Assembly (NCBI GenBank): GCA_964521065.1
Contig: CAZFPQ010000002.1
Span: forward strand, 21,909 to 85,908
DNA length: 64,000 bases
Direction of reading: 5' to 3'
DNA from: an uncultured Bacteroidia bacterium
GTDB lineage: Bacteria > Bacteroidota > Bacteroidia > J057
In this document: piece by piece, positions 8,153 through 18,575 of the stretch
How positions within the stretch are numbered: the first letter of the stretch is position 1
How the letters are laid out: each line of letters opens with the position of its first letter
The notes under the pieces: model-generated
The model's database searches: none
Seen by the model: the letters and a program-made list of their open reading frames with translations, nothing else
Told to the model about the DNA's origin: nothing
Program-made: the position numbers and the translations under genes

Positions 8153-11100
8153 ATGAGCAATCGAATCTTTCTTTACCTTTTTGGGATTATGATCCTTTTG
8201 GCCTGTAACCAGAGGGAATCAAGCTCTCAACTGGCCTTAGGTTTTGAACACCCCCCCTTTGAGTATCGCCCCGAAACCTGGTTCCACTTCATTGGAAATA
8301 ACATTAGCAAGGAAGGAATCACTCAGGACCTAGAAGCGATTAAGGAAGCAGGTTTGCAGGGTATTCATCTGTTTAACAAATCGGGACAGGCTTTTCCTAA
8401 GGTAGAGCAAATTGAAATCCTTTCCCCCGAATGGGAAGAAATGATCCGTCACGCAGCCAATGAGTGTGAGCGTTTAGGCTTAAAATTCACCATGCAAAAC
8501 TGCCCAGGATGGTCCATGACTGGTGGCCCTTGGGTACCTGCACAGGAGGCGCAGCGAGAACTGGTAGAAACGGTTTATCATTTCAAAGGAGGTCAGGCTC
8601 TCTCAACTCATCTAGAGATGGAGCCTAAGTATGAGGAGACAGATTATAATTATCAAGATGTTGCACTGCTCGCATTTCCAAGCCCAAACGGGGATGCCTC
8701 TCCCCTGCTTAGCCCCATTAGCACTTCCTCCAACAATTCGGCTGTACCTTGGGAGAGAATTATCAATCCAGTCAAACGGGTAGAAATGGTGAACCGGAAG
8801 CTTCCCGCAGACTGGAAGCCTTATTCGGAAATAGGCATCACTCCTGTGGGTAACGAAAGGACCTGGGTACGCATCACCTTTGACGAACCTCTATGCCTAC
8901 GTTCTCTCATTTTCCCACCCATCCGCTTCATGCTACCAGGAACAGAGTATCCGGTCATCGATGTACGGATCAAAGTCCAAGCAAAGATCGATGGCCAACT
9001 TGCTGAGGTAGCGGAAATAAAAATCCCAGATGGGAATTGGAACGATCGACAGCTGGACCTGACCCTTGCTGTTCCAGAGGCCACTTCAAATGAGTTTGTT
9101 CTAAGCTTTCTTGGTGACCATGTACTCAATCCTGGATACATATACCTAAGCTCAAAACCCCGCTTGCATAACCATGAAGCCATGGCGGCGAGGGCGTTTA
9201 GAAGATTACAAAGGTCAGTTGATGTTGAGTTTGGGCAAGAAAGCATGGTAGGCCTTTCGCAAATTGTAGATCTATCTGGCAAGATGGATCAAGAGGGGAA
9301 TCTGAATTGGGATATGCCGGAGGGTGAGTGGACATTGGTACGATTTGGGCACGTAAACATGCGGCGCACCAATAAGCCCGCCGTTCCTGAAGCTACAGGC
9401 TGGGAAGCCAGCAAACTCGATAAAATTTCCATTGAAAATCACCTAAGAAAGGGAATGATCGGCAACTTGATGCGAGAGGATGGTCCCATAGCTGGAGGTA
9501 AGTTGGATGGCCTGCTGATTGATAGTTGGGAAAGCTTTATCCCCACCTGGAGCATGCACTCAGAAGACATGTTCCGCGAATTTGAAGCCAGACGTGGATA
9601 TCCGCTGAAGTCATTTTTACCCGCAACTATGGGCTACATCGTGGAGAGTCCTGAGGTCACGACCAAATTCCTTCGAGACCTCAGGCATACCATGGATGAA
9701 CTATACGTTGAGAACTTTTTCAGTCATTTCGCTACCGTTGCCCATGAAATGGGAGCAGAAGTTTACACCGAAGGTGCAGGGGGTGAAGTACTGCCCATCG
9801 ATCCCATGCGCTATTATGGAGTTGCAGACATTCCCATGACTGAGTTTTGGTACCCAGGACCTCCCTCTGCCCAAAATGAGTACGCAAAACCCATCTTTCA
9901 TGCTGCTTCGGCCATGCATGTATACAACAAACCCAAACTGGCGGCAGAGGCATGTACCCAAATCGGAGTAAAATGGAACGAACATCCCTATTCGGTCAAA
10001 GGGCTAATTGACTACAATTTAACCAAAGGAGTAAACCACCTCGTTTTCCACACCTTCACCCATACACCCCAAAATGATGTTTATCCAGGTTCTAGCTTTG
10101 GTGGGAATATCGGGTTTCCACTAGTCAGGCAGCAGACATGGTGGCAGCATATGTCGGCATGGACGGATTACCTCACTCGAAATCAGTTCATGCTGCAGCA
10201 AGGGGAATACGTAGCAGATGTACTTAGGTACTATGGAGACCATTATGAGCGTCCACCCTTTGACTTGGATTTTTTTCCGAAAGGGTATCGTTTCGATTAT
10301 CTCAATGCGGAAATCCTGCACAACAAACTACGTGTACATAATGGCCTGATCCATGTCGAAGAGGCAGGCAGTTATAGGGTAATCGATTTGGGAGACTCAA
10401 GAGAATTGATGCTTTCAACGATCAAACGCTTAAAAGAACTGGTCATAGCAGGAGCAGTGGTGCTAGGGGACAAACCCGTAGACTCGCCCAGTTTGATGGA
10501 TGATGATGATGACCTCAAGGCATTGAAAAAAATTTCCGATGAGCTTTGGGGCGATGGCCACAGTGGGGTAAAAGCTGTAGGCAGAGGACGTGTTTATTGG
10601 GGGAAGAATATTGAAGAAGTCCTTGACTTAGAAGGGGTCAGTCCAGATTTTCATTCCCCTGAGGAACTTCAAATCAATTGGATACATCGAGAAACTGAGA
10701 ACGAGGATATCTACTTTATTTCCTCTAGAAACAAACATACGTTAAGGGCTTCTGTAGGATTTAGAATTCAGGATGCTGCGCCTGAAATCTGGGATGCTTT
10801 TACGGGGAAGAGGCAGAAAGCGCTGGTTTGGGATAGAGATGAAACCCATACCCAAGTAGCGATTACGCTGGATCCAAAAGGGAGTACAATCGTGGTATTT
10901 CCCAAAGGAAGTAAAGGTAGCACCTGTAGCGAGATTCAATGGAATGGACAAACCATCTTACAAGCGAAAGCTGATTGGACCCCTGATACAAGTCATGACT
11001 CATTGGTCCATATCGAATACTACGGCGAGGATTTGGTGGCTTCGAAGAGCGGGACCTATACTTTCCATTACGGGTATGGAAACAAGGACATTGAAGTTGA

Positions 11101-11584
11101 AACCGAGAAAACGCCCATTACTGAAATTTGGGACATTGCCTTTGATCAAGCTTGGGACACTCCAGAACTCACTTCTACAGCCCAGTTAGCGTCACTGACT
11201 GAGTTTGATGACGAGTCCATCAAGTATTTCTCTGGTACGGCCACTTATTCTAGCAGCTTTTCCTTTCAAAAGCAGCCTGGACAAGTCTCAGTCGATCTAG
11301 GTGATGTCCACAACATTGCCAGCCTTTGGTGCAATGGAAAACCAGTGGGTACCCGTTGGGCTCCACCTTATTCATTTGCTGTCACAGAATATGTAAAAGA
11401 CGGCGAAAACGAGATTGTGGTGAAAGTCACCAATACCTGGCGTAACCAGTTGATCTACGATCAAGCAAAAAAAGCTGAGGACAAAAGAACCTGGACCACC
11501 GGGTGGAAGGGTTCCCAAAATGAGCCTCTAGACATGAGTGGCCTGGTTGGTCCCGTTTTCATCAACACTTGCATAACAAAATAG
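8153..11584 (+). CDS. GH106-like large exo-glycosidase (alpha-L-rhamnosidase family), lipoprotein
   Basis: The start is moved to the ATG at 8153 (MSNRIFLYLFGIMILLACNQ, lipobox). The N-terminal block FEHPPFEYRPETWFHFIGNNISKEGITQDLEAIKEAGLQGIHLFN and the C-terminal block IKYFSGTATYSSSF...LGDVHNIASLWCNGKPVG...VKVTNTWRNQL match the architecture I associate with GH106/'glycosyl hydrolase' giants (BT0986 type). Family call not verified by HMM. Confidence 0.5.
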   Translation: MSNRIFLYLFGIMILLACNQRESSSQLALGFEHPPFEYRPETWFHFIGNNISKEGITQDLEAIKEAGLQGIHLFNKSGQAFPKVEQIEILSPEWEEMIRHAANECERLGLKFTMQNCPGWSMTGGPWVPAQEAQRELVETVYHFKGGQALSTHLEMEPKYEETDYNYQDVALLAFPSPNGDASPLLSPISTSSNNSAVPWERIINPVKRVEMVNRKLPADWKPYSEIGITPVGNERTWVRITFDEPLCLRSLIFPPIRFMLPGTEYPVIDVRIKVQAKIDGQLAEVAEIKIPDGNWNDRQLDLTLAVPEATSNEFVLSFLGDHVLNPGYIYLSSKPRLHNHEAMAARAFRRLQRSVDVEFGQESMVGLSQIVDLSGKMDQEGNLNWDMPEGEWTLVRFGHVNMRRTNKPAVPEATGWEASKLDKISIENHLRKGMIGNLMREDGPIAGGKLDGLLIDSWESFIPTWSMHSEDMFREFEARRGYPLKSFLPATMGYIVESPEVTTKFLRDLRHTMDELYVENFFSHFATVAHEMGAEVYTEGAGGEVLPIDPMRYYGVADIPMTEFWYPGPPSAQNEYAKPIFHAASAMHVYNKPKLAAEACTQIGVKWNEHPYSVKGLIDYNLTKGVNHLVFHTFTHTPQNDVYPGSSFGGNIGFPLVRQQTWWQHMSAWTDYLTRNQFMLQQGEYVADVLRYYGDHYERPPFDLDFFPKGYRFDYLNAEILHNKLRVHNGLIHVEEAGSYRVIDLGDSRELMLSTIKRLKELVIAGAVVLGDKPVDSPSLMDDDDDLKALKKISDELWGDGHSGVKAVGRGRVYWGKNIEEVLDLEGVSPDFHSPEELQINWIHRETENEDIYFISSRNKHTLRASVGFRIQDAAPEIWDAFTGKRQKALVWDRDETHTQVAITLDPKGSTIVVFPKGSKGSTCSEIQWNGQTILQAKADWTPDTSHDSLVHIEYYGEDLVASKSGTYTFHYGYGNKDIEVETEKTPITEIWDIAFDQAWDTPELTSTAQLASLTEFDDESIKYFSGTATYSSSFSFQKQPGQVSVDLGDVHNIASLWCNGKPVGTRWAPPYSFAVTEYVKDGENEIVVKVTNTWRNQLIYDQAKKAEDKRTWTTGWKGSQNEPLDMSGLVGPVFINTCITK

Positions 11585-11588
11585 AAAA

Positions 11589-14500
11589 ATGAAAACAGCA
11601 ACTTCTGCCCTCATTTTTCCCCAAAGCATTTGGCCTAAGACTTTACCACTCCTAGATGCTCATATCGTTGGGTTCATTCTCATCTGGGTAATCTTGGGTA
11701 TGAGCTGCTCCTCCTCTCCCCTATTCATCTCCGACCTTCAATGCGAATACCGCAGAGATCCGCTAGGCATTGACAACACCTCACCACGGCTGAGTTGGAA
11801 ACTCTTGGACCCAAATAAGGAACGAGGGCAGAAGCAAACTGCCTATCAAGTTCTAGTAGCAAGTAGCCGGGAAAAACTTAACGAGGATGAAGCTGATCTA
11901 TGGAACTCCGAAAAGGTCAATTCAGCACAATCAGTCAATGTGGTCTACCAAGGAACTAAGCTTAATTCAGGCCAACCATGCCACTGGAAGGTAAGGATTT
12001 GGGATATGGATGGAGGTGTTTCAGTTTGGAGCGCCCCAGCGAAGTTCTCCATTGGCCTCCTTTACCCTGAGGATTGGAAAGGGGAATGGATACAAAAAGC
12101 GGATCAAGATCGAAAAGACCATAACTGGTATCGCAAGAATTTCATACTGAAAAAAGAGCCCGAATCTGCAATGGTTTATGTCGCTTCATTTGGTTATCAC
12201 GAGCTATATGTGAATGGACAAAAAGTTGGGAAGGGAGTGATGAATCCGGTACAATCCCATCTAAAAAAGCGACTACCCTATTTAAGCTACGATATCCATG
12301 AGTATCTAAAGGAAGGGGACAATGTAATTGGTATCTGGCATGCAGCGGGATGGGCCAGATGGGGAAGGGTAAAGGAATACCACAAACCGCCATTTGTTTT
12401 CAAGGCTCAAGCAGAGATCCAACAGGAGGGAAACACAGTTACTATCTCGACAGATGAAACCTGGAAATGTAAAAGGAGCTATAGTGCTTATTGGGGAGAT
12501 TGGGACATCCTAGACTTTGGCGGTGAGATCATCGACGAACGTCTAAGAGAAAATGACTGGAACACAGCCAGCTATGATGATTCCGACTGGGATCATGCGA
12601 GAGTTTTTGATGAATCAAGGACCGGAAGCATAGACATCAGTAAAATTGACCTAGGTCCAAAAGGGGCCAGACGGGTTGATAATTCTTCGCAGGATATCCC
12701 TACTAACCCCATCACTGCTAAGTTGAGTGCGCAAAGGGTCGAACTCCAAGTCAAGTACCAAGAAGTCCATCCCATTTCGGTTACCCCACAACACAATGGC
12801 ACTTATCTCATTGACATGGGGACGAATTATACGGGCCACTTTTCCATGGAGCTACACCATGGACGCGAAGGTGATACAGTTACTTTTGAAATCGCCGACC
12901 ACCAGGAGCTAACTTCCTCCTGGGAACAACGAAGTAAATACATCTTTGATAAGACAGGTACAGGCCGGTTTGCCAACCGGTTCAATGTAGCCGGTGGGCG
13001 ATGGGTCACGGTGTATGGATTGAATTACAAACCTGATTTACAGGACATCAAAGGCTACGTCATCACCAATGACCGTAAGCAGATCAGCAGCTTTGAAAGC
13101 TCCAGCAAACTGCTCAACCAGATCTATCAAACCAACCTAAATACTTCTATTGCCAACACCATTGACGGCATTTTGGTGGATTGCCCACACCGAGAACGGC
13201 GGGGATGGGGAGAGGTCACCGTAGCCTGTATGTATGGAGATCTCTTGCCCAATTTTGAGAGCGGGGCCTTTGTAAGCCAGTATGCCCAGTTCCTCGCCGA
13301 TGCACAAGCAGAGGACGGAAAAATGAAAGCCGTTGTCAATGGCGATGATTTTCAATTCCTCATGTGGATGGCAAATAGTCCCATCACCATTTGGGAAACC
13401 TATCGGAGCTTTGGCGATAAAAAACTACTCAAAGATCACTACCCAAGTATGGTGAAATGGATGGAGTGGATGAAGCGAAATTCAGGCTATGACTTAGGCC
13501 AGGGACTGATCATTGGGACACAAGGCAGCCTTGAGTTTCCGGGACTGGGGGATTGGTGCACGCCAAGGGGCAACTTCTGGTCAGCCAGTAATTCTCCAGA
13601 ATCTGCCCACTTCAACAACTGCGTTTATGCCTTTATGCTGGAATGTGCCAGGAAAATCGCCATTGAGCTCGGGAAAACGGGAGATGCAGATACTTACGCA
13701 AAGCGCCTATCTGTCCAGCGAAAAGCCACACACACACAATCTTATGATCCCATCACGGGTAAGTACCTTGATGGCCGACAGGTCAATCAGGCTTTTGCCT
13801 TGCTGACAGGCGTTTCGCCTGAGGCGGAAAGGGAAAAAGTAATGGCCCATCTTGTGGATAACGTGCTCTACAAGTTTCCCTACTACGATACAGGCAGTTC
13901 TGGTCAAGCGTTGTACACCCGGTTCTTCACGGAGCATGCAGAGCGAATGGACTTGATTTATGAACTTCTCCAGGATAGGAGTCACCCTAGCTATGGGTAC
14001 TTTATTGATCAGGGAAAAACCGTATGGCCAGAGCGATGGTCGGCCGTAGGCACCAGTCAGATACACACCTGCTACACGGGAATTGGGGGCTATTTCATCA
14101 AAGGCTTTGGCGGAATTCGACCTGACCCAGTGCACCCAGGCATGCAACAATTCATCATCAAGCCCTCTCCTGTTGGTGACCTTACTTTTGCCAATACCAC
14201 TCATCGATCCATGTACGGCGACATCGTGGTTAATTGGACAAAAGACCAAGGGTCAGCCTCATTTCACATCGAGATACCCGTCAATACTACCGCCCAGGTT
14301 TTCATTCCAGCCTTGCAAGCACAGGATGTGAGTGAGAGCGGCCAACTTGCTGATCGAGCAGACGGCATTCAATACCTAGGCAGGGAAAAAAGCGAAGCAG
14401 TCGGAAACTATGTGATCTATCAACTGGGAGCTGGAAGCTATGATTTTGGCGTAAACCAATTGCCCCAAACCAGCTACCCAGACCCAATAGGCAAGGCGAA

Positions 14501-14888
14501 AAACCTGGCTCTCATTGGAAGGATGAATGCTTCCTCAATGCACATCGTTACCGAAAAGCTACCTGGTTTTGAAGCCTTCAAAGCCAATGACCAGAGCCTG
14601 CAAACCGCATGGCAAGCCAATAGCAAGGGTCATGAATGGCTAGAAATAGAATGGGTAAAACCCACAACCTTTAATCAGCTGATTATCAAAGAGAAAACAA
14701 AATCAATCAAGCGCTTCAAGGTTCAATACCTACGTCATAACCAATGGGTTGATTTGGCAGAAGGAAATGAGATAGGAAAAAATCTTTCCCTTTCAGTAAA
14801 CACAGTCACCACGCATAAATGCAGACTCCTGATGGAGGAATCAAGCAACAAGCCTCAAATATTAGAATGGGAAATTTTCAAAGAGTAA
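11589..14888 (+). CDS. GH78 alpha-L-rhamnosidase with C-terminal F5/8 type C (discoidin/CBM32-like) domain
   Basis: Canonical GH78 N-terminus DLQCEYRRDPLGIDNTSPRLSWKL...QTAYQVLVASS...WKVRIWD. The (alpha/alpha)6 block is VDCPHRERRGWGEVT. The C-terminal ~150 aa (AFKANDQSLQTAWQANSKGHEWLEIEW...) is discoidin-like. The gene starts 4 nt after the preceding CDS. Confidence 0.9.
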   Translation: MKTATSALIFPQSIWPKTLPLLDAHIVGFILIWVILGMSCSSSPLFISDLQCEYRRDPLGIDNTSPRLSWKLLDPNKERGQKQTAYQVLVASSREKLNEDEADLWNSEKVNSAQSVNVVYQGTKLNSGQPCHWKVRIWDMDGGVSVWSAPAKFSIGLLYPEDWKGEWIQKADQDRKDHNWYRKNFILKKEPESAMVYVASFGYHELYVNGQKVGKGVMNPVQSHLKKRLPYLSYDIHEYLKEGDNVIGIWHAAGWARWGRVKEYHKPPFVFKAQAEIQQEGNTVTISTDETWKCKRSYSAYWGDWDILDFGGEIIDERLRENDWNTASYDDSDWDHARVFDESRTGSIDISKIDLGPKGARRVDNSSQDIPTNPITAKLSAQRVELQVKYQEVHPISVTPQHNGTYLIDMGTNYTGHFSMELHHGREGDTVTFEIADHQELTSSWEQRSKYIFDKTGTGRFANRFNVAGGRWVTVYGLNYKPDLQDIKGYVITNDRKQISSFESSSKLLNQIYQTNLNTSIANTIDGILVDCPHRERRGWGEVTVACMYGDLLPNFESGAFVSQYAQFLADAQAEDGKMKAVVNGDDFQFLMWMANSPITIWETYRSFGDKKLLKDHYPSMVKWMEWMKRNSGYDLGQGLIIGTQGSLEFPGLGDWCTPRGNFWSASNSPESAHFNNCVYAFMLECARKIAIELGKTGDADTYAKRLSVQRKATHTQSYDPITGKYLDGRQVNQAFALLTGVSPEAEREKVMAHLVDNVLYKFPYYDTGSSGQALYTRFFTEHAERMDLIYELLQDRSHPSYGYFIDQGKTVWPERWSAVGTSQIHTCYTGIGGYFIKGFGGIRPDPVHPGMQQFIIKPSPVGDLTFANTTHRSMYGDIVVNWTKDQGSASFHIEIPVNTTAQVFIPALQAQDVSESGQLADRADGIQYLGREKSEAVGNYVIYQLGAGSYDFGVNQLPQTSYPDPIGKAKNLALIGRMNASSMHIVTEKLPGFEAFKANDQSLQTAWQANSKGHEWLEIEWVKPTTFNQLIIKEKTKSIKRFKVQYLRHNQWVDLAEGNEIGKNLSLSVNTVTTHKCRLLMEESSNKPQILEWEIFKE

Positions 14889-14949
14889 GGCCCTTCGAAA
14901 TGAGTCCCAATCCCCCAAAACCAAAAAGTTTATCTCCAAGAAAGCGCTC

Positions 14950-17900
14950 ATGCTTAATTCCTCCAACGCATCAAAAAAAGCCCGATCCTCAAAGTGGCTT
15001 ACCCTCCTGATGACACTGTCATCTTTACTCATCTGCTCATTGGCATCATCAGCTAACCATACAAGCGAGCAAGAACTAATTTATTTAAATGGAGAGCGGC
15101 TAGAGCTAGCCAAACAACAGATTAAAGCCCAAAATCCTTTTTATGTAGAGGCGTATGACAAGCTCATTACCCTCGCTATGAGGGAATTAGAAAGAGAGAT
15201 TGATCCAGTCACCCATAAGACCATTCTACCGGCCAGTGGGGACATTCATGACTACCATACCCTAGGGTCATATTACTGGCCAGATACCCGTAAAGAAGAC
15301 GGCTTACCGTGGATTTACAAAGACGGAGAGTTCAACCCTATCAACCGAGGCCCTGAAACTGATTGGACACGTCTGAGAGAAATGTTTACCTCCTTACACA
15401 CACTGAATTTGGCCTACTATTTTTCAGGAGAGGAGGTCTACCTACATAAGGCCCACCATATTGTCCGAGTTTGGTTTATTGAAGAAAAGACTAAGGTAAA
15501 TCCTAACGTCAATTACGGCAAAGCCATACCGGGTAAGGTTTCGGGAACCAACTTCGCCATCATTGATTGGACGGATATAGGCAAGGTCATTACGACCATT
15601 CAACTACTGGATGAGGGGGGCATGTGGAGTGCTCGTGATAAGAGCATCATGAATAAGTGGCTGGAAGACTATTACACCTGGCTGACCGAAAGTGAATTCG
15701 GCATTCGTGAGAGCACCAGAACCAATAACCACGGAACAAACTATGACTATCAGCTGATAGGTCTCATGATCTATCTTGGAAAGTTAAGCGAAGCTGAAGT
15801 CAAACTAGAGGAAGTCAAGGAAACACGCATAGCATCACAGATTAATCCAGATGGCAGTCAACCCCGCGAACTGGCTCGTACAAAATCCGTCAACTATACG
15901 GTCAACAACTTATGGGCGCTGGCGCGTATGGCGGATCTGGCTTATCGCTTCACCGAGATAGACCTGTGGCATTACCAAAGTGAAGACGGAGTCAGCTTGA
16001 AAAAGGCCTTTGAATTTGTGATTCCCTTTCTGACTGGAAAAAAAACCTGGGAGTGGAAACAAATCACAGGAGGAGGAGCCGACAGCCAATTGGTCAATAT
16101 GGCTTTACCCATGCTTCACAGAAGCGAGTTGATGCTGGGCGTAAACATCCTCCCCATAGGTTTCCTTGGACATGAAAAATTTACTCCTCAAGAGATCCTG
16201 ATGTATGCCCCCGAAACCAAAGGCTCAGACCCGAACTGGGGAAATGCCCGATGGATCTGGCAAGCAGAAGAGGGACCTGCTAATACCTGGGTCGCGTTTA
16301 GGAAAACCTTTGACCTGGAAGAATTACCCATGTCTGCTATGGCCAAAATTGCCGTTGATACCAAATATTGGCTTTGGGTAAATGGCGAGAGGGTCTTGTT
16401 TGAAGGCGGACTTGCCAGAGGGGCTGGGCCTGGTACAACTTATTTTGACCTGGTAGATATTGCATCCTTTTTAACAGAAGGACAAAACACCATCGCTGTC
16501 CTCGTCTGGTATTGGGGCAGAACCAGAAAAGTACATGATGACAGTGGATGGGGAGGCCTGATTGTCCATGCGGATTTGGGAGAAAAAGCCCTCATCACGG
16601 ACAGTAGCTGGAAGCTAACCTTGCACCCAGCCTATGATCCGGCTAGTGGAGGGGGCGGAAAAAGCGCCAATCGGGTCAATGCTTACAATGTCTATTTTGA
16701 CGGTCGTAAAGCCTTGGGGGATTGGTCTGATCATGCTTGGTATCTACCGGGCTATGATGACAGCAGCTGGGGTCTCCCGACGGAAAAAGGATGTGCGAAC
16801 GCTAATCCTTGGGGTAGATTAGTAGAAAGGAGCATTCCGCGATGGAATGATCGAGGACTAGCTGATTATGGCTCCCTTAAACTAGATAATCAGGCGATCG
16901 AACTTCCTTTCTTCAACATGTCCGATTCTGTAAGGGAGATTCATGCTTTCCTACCCTTCAACCAGCAAGTCACACCTTTTTTGAAGGCAAACTGCGAAGC
17001 CGGGCAGATCCTCACCATAGACACCGACAATCCTTTCAATTTACTTGAGGCAAAGTATACAACCCGAAAGGGCGTCCAGTCGTTCGAATCCTATTCCTGG
17101 TTTAACGGACACGAAGTGATCTACCATATCCCGCCGGGGGTAGAAATCCTTGAGCTGAAGTATCGTTGGACGGGTCTAGGAGAAATGACTGGATCATTTG
17201 AAGTTAGCGACTCCTTTTATACGCGCTTATGGTGGATGGCGAGAAATACCTTGTACATCTGTGCCAGGGATGGTTTTATGGATTGTCCAGACCGGGAACG
17301 AGGCCTTTGGATCGGGGATGTGGGCGATCAGACAGGAGCCGTTTTTTACACCTTGGATGAAGCGGGTCGATTATTGTTGAAAAAGGCAATAGATAACACC
17401 ATCGCCTACAGAGATGGAGACACCTTACAGGGTTTAGCCCCTGGTTTTGGAGCTTATCGTGGCAAAAGTAGTGAATTGACTTGCCAGAGCCTCCAGTTCA
17501 TTGACCACGTAGTTTGGCAATATTATTATCATACCGGAGACACAGTGACCCTAGCTCATGCCTATCCGGCCATTTTTCGCTACCTGAACCTATGGAAAAT
17601 GATGCCCGATGGACTGCCAGAACCTCGCCAAGGTTACGCCAACTGGGTGGATTGGGGAGCAGATCCTGATCCCGAACCTGTGAATGTTTGCTGGTATTAT
17701 ATCGCGTTAAAAGCGGCAAAGAACATGGCGCTCACCTTGCAAGTGTATGAGGATACGACTTGGTATGAAGATCGAATCGAAAGCATAGAGAGGAACTTTG
17801 CGAAAAAATATTGGAGGGGAACCCATTATGGATCAGCAGGAAAGCCAAGAGAAGAACGGACGAGTTCCCTGGCTCTCATAAGCGGATTGGCCAACGAGGG

Positions 17901-18510
17901 TTTCTACAAAATACTGGTTGATAGCACCTTGTTTCCAGTAAGGAAATCCAGTCCGCATATGGAGTGGCTCGCCGAGGAAGCTCTTATGGTAGCCGGGCAA
18001 TATGACAAAGGCCTGCTGCGCATGAAGCAGCGTTATATGGACCAGGTTACAAGCGAAAACCTAAGCACCCTATACGAACGCTTTGATGTCAACAGACGAG
18101 GGACATACAACCATGCCTGGAATGCCCCGAATTATGTTCTGTCTAGGTATATAGCTGGAATCAAACCTAGCGCCGTGGCCTGGGCCAGCTTTGAGGTAAA
18201 GCCCCAATTGGTACATCTCACCTATCTCAAACAAACAGTCCCTTCGGTGAAAGGAGACATCACCATAGAAATCAAGCAGGAAGCACACAGCTTTGCCATC
18301 GAGGTGAATGTACCTGAGCAAACCACTGCAACCGTCTACCTTCCCAAATCTCCAACAGGCATTTCAGAAGCCTGGGTGAATGGGCAATTAGCCTGGGAGA
18401 ATGAAACATTCAATGATGAAGTAGAAGGCGTAAAACTCCATGATGTAGACCTGCAGTGGCTAAGCTTCGAGGTGAGGCCGGGCCAGTGGCACTTCATCGC
18501 AAAAAGGTAA
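14950..18510 (+). CDS. Two-module protein: N-terminal PL5-like 'alginate lyase' toroid domain fused to a GH78-like alpha-L-rhamnosidase-related module
   Basis: A signal peptide is present. The N-terminal module (about 15070-16180) has GDIHDYHTLGSYYWPD...DGLPWIYKDGEFNP and RTNNHGTNYDYQ (compare the PL5 AlgL NNHSYW block). The C-terminal module (from about 16240) has ARWIWQAEEG...FRKTFDL...AKIAVDTKYWLWVNGERV and the (alpha/alpha)6 block MDCPDRERGLWIGDVGDQ, typical of Bac_rhamnosid6H. Confidence 0.65.
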   Translation: MLNSSNASKKARSSKWLTLLMTLSSLLICSLASSANHTSEQELIYLNGERLELAKQQIKAQNPFYVEAYDKLITLAMRELEREIDPVTHKTILPASGDIHDYHTLGSYYWPDTRKEDGLPWIYKDGEFNPINRGPETDWTRLREMFTSLHTLNLAYYFSGEEVYLHKAHHIVRVWFIEEKTKVNPNVNYGKAIPGKVSGTNFAIIDWTDIGKVITTIQLLDEGGMWSARDKSIMNKWLEDYYTWLTESEFGIRESTRTNNHGTNYDYQLIGLMIYLGKLSEAEVKLEEVKETRIASQINPDGSQPRELARTKSVNYTVNNLWALARMADLAYRFTEIDLWHYQSEDGVSLKKAFEFVIPFLTGKKTWEWKQITGGGADSQLVNMALPMLHRSELMLGVNILPIGFLGHEKFTPQEILMYAPETKGSDPNWGNARWIWQAEEGPANTWVAFRKTFDLEELPMSAMAKIAVDTKYWLWVNGERVLFEGGLARGAGPGTTYFDLVDIASFLTEGQNTIAVLVWYWGRTRKVHDDSGWGGLIVHADLGEKALITDSSWKLTLHPAYDPASGGGGKSANRVNAYNVYFDGRKALGDWSDHAWYLPGYDDSSWGLPTEKGCANANPWGRLVERSIPRWNDRGLADYGSLKLDNQAIELPFFNMSDSVREIHAFLPFNQQVTPFLKANCEAGQILTIDTDNPFNLLEAKYTTRKGVQSFESYSWFNGHEVIYHIPPGVEILELKYRWTGLGEMTGSFEVSDSFYTRLWWMARNTLYICARDGFMDCPDRERGLWIGDVGDQTGAVFYTLDEAGRLLLKKAIDNTIAYRDGDTLQGLAPGFGAYRGKSSELTCQSLQFIDHVVWQYYYHTGDTVTLAHAYPAIFRYLNLWKMMPDGLPEPRQGYANWVDWGADPDPEPVNVCWYYIALKAAKNMALTLQVYEDTTWYEDRIESIERNFAKKYWRGTHYGSAGKPREERTSSLALISGLANEGFYKILVDSTLFPVRKSSPHMEWLAEEALMVAGQYDKGLLRMKQRYMDQVTSENLSTLYERFDVNRRGTYNHAWNAPNYVLSRYIAGIKPSAVAWASFEVKPQLVHLTYLKQTVPSVKGDITIEIKQEAHSFAIEVNVPEQTTATVYLPKSPTGISEAWVNGQLAWENETFNDEVEGVKLHDVDLQWLSFEVRPGQWHFIAKR

Positions 18511-18575
18511 CAGCATGAGAAGGGCTTTGGGGTACACTGGGATTGAGAGATAAGCTCAATTGTTTTTGAAACCAA

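Noticed and set aside
8821-9282. 153-aa minus-strand ORF. The same applies to the other 60-140-aa ORFs nested in long genes, such as 3141-3563, 23299-23649, 24915-25301 and 26095-26487.
   Set aside because: All are fully contained in, and out of frame with or antisense to, long ORFs with strong family signatures. There is no independent evidence for any of them.
13707-14249. 180-aa ORF on the minus strand.
   Set aside because: It lies entirely antisense inside the well-supported GH78 gene (11589-14888) and has no recognisable motifs. It is a typical shadow ORF.
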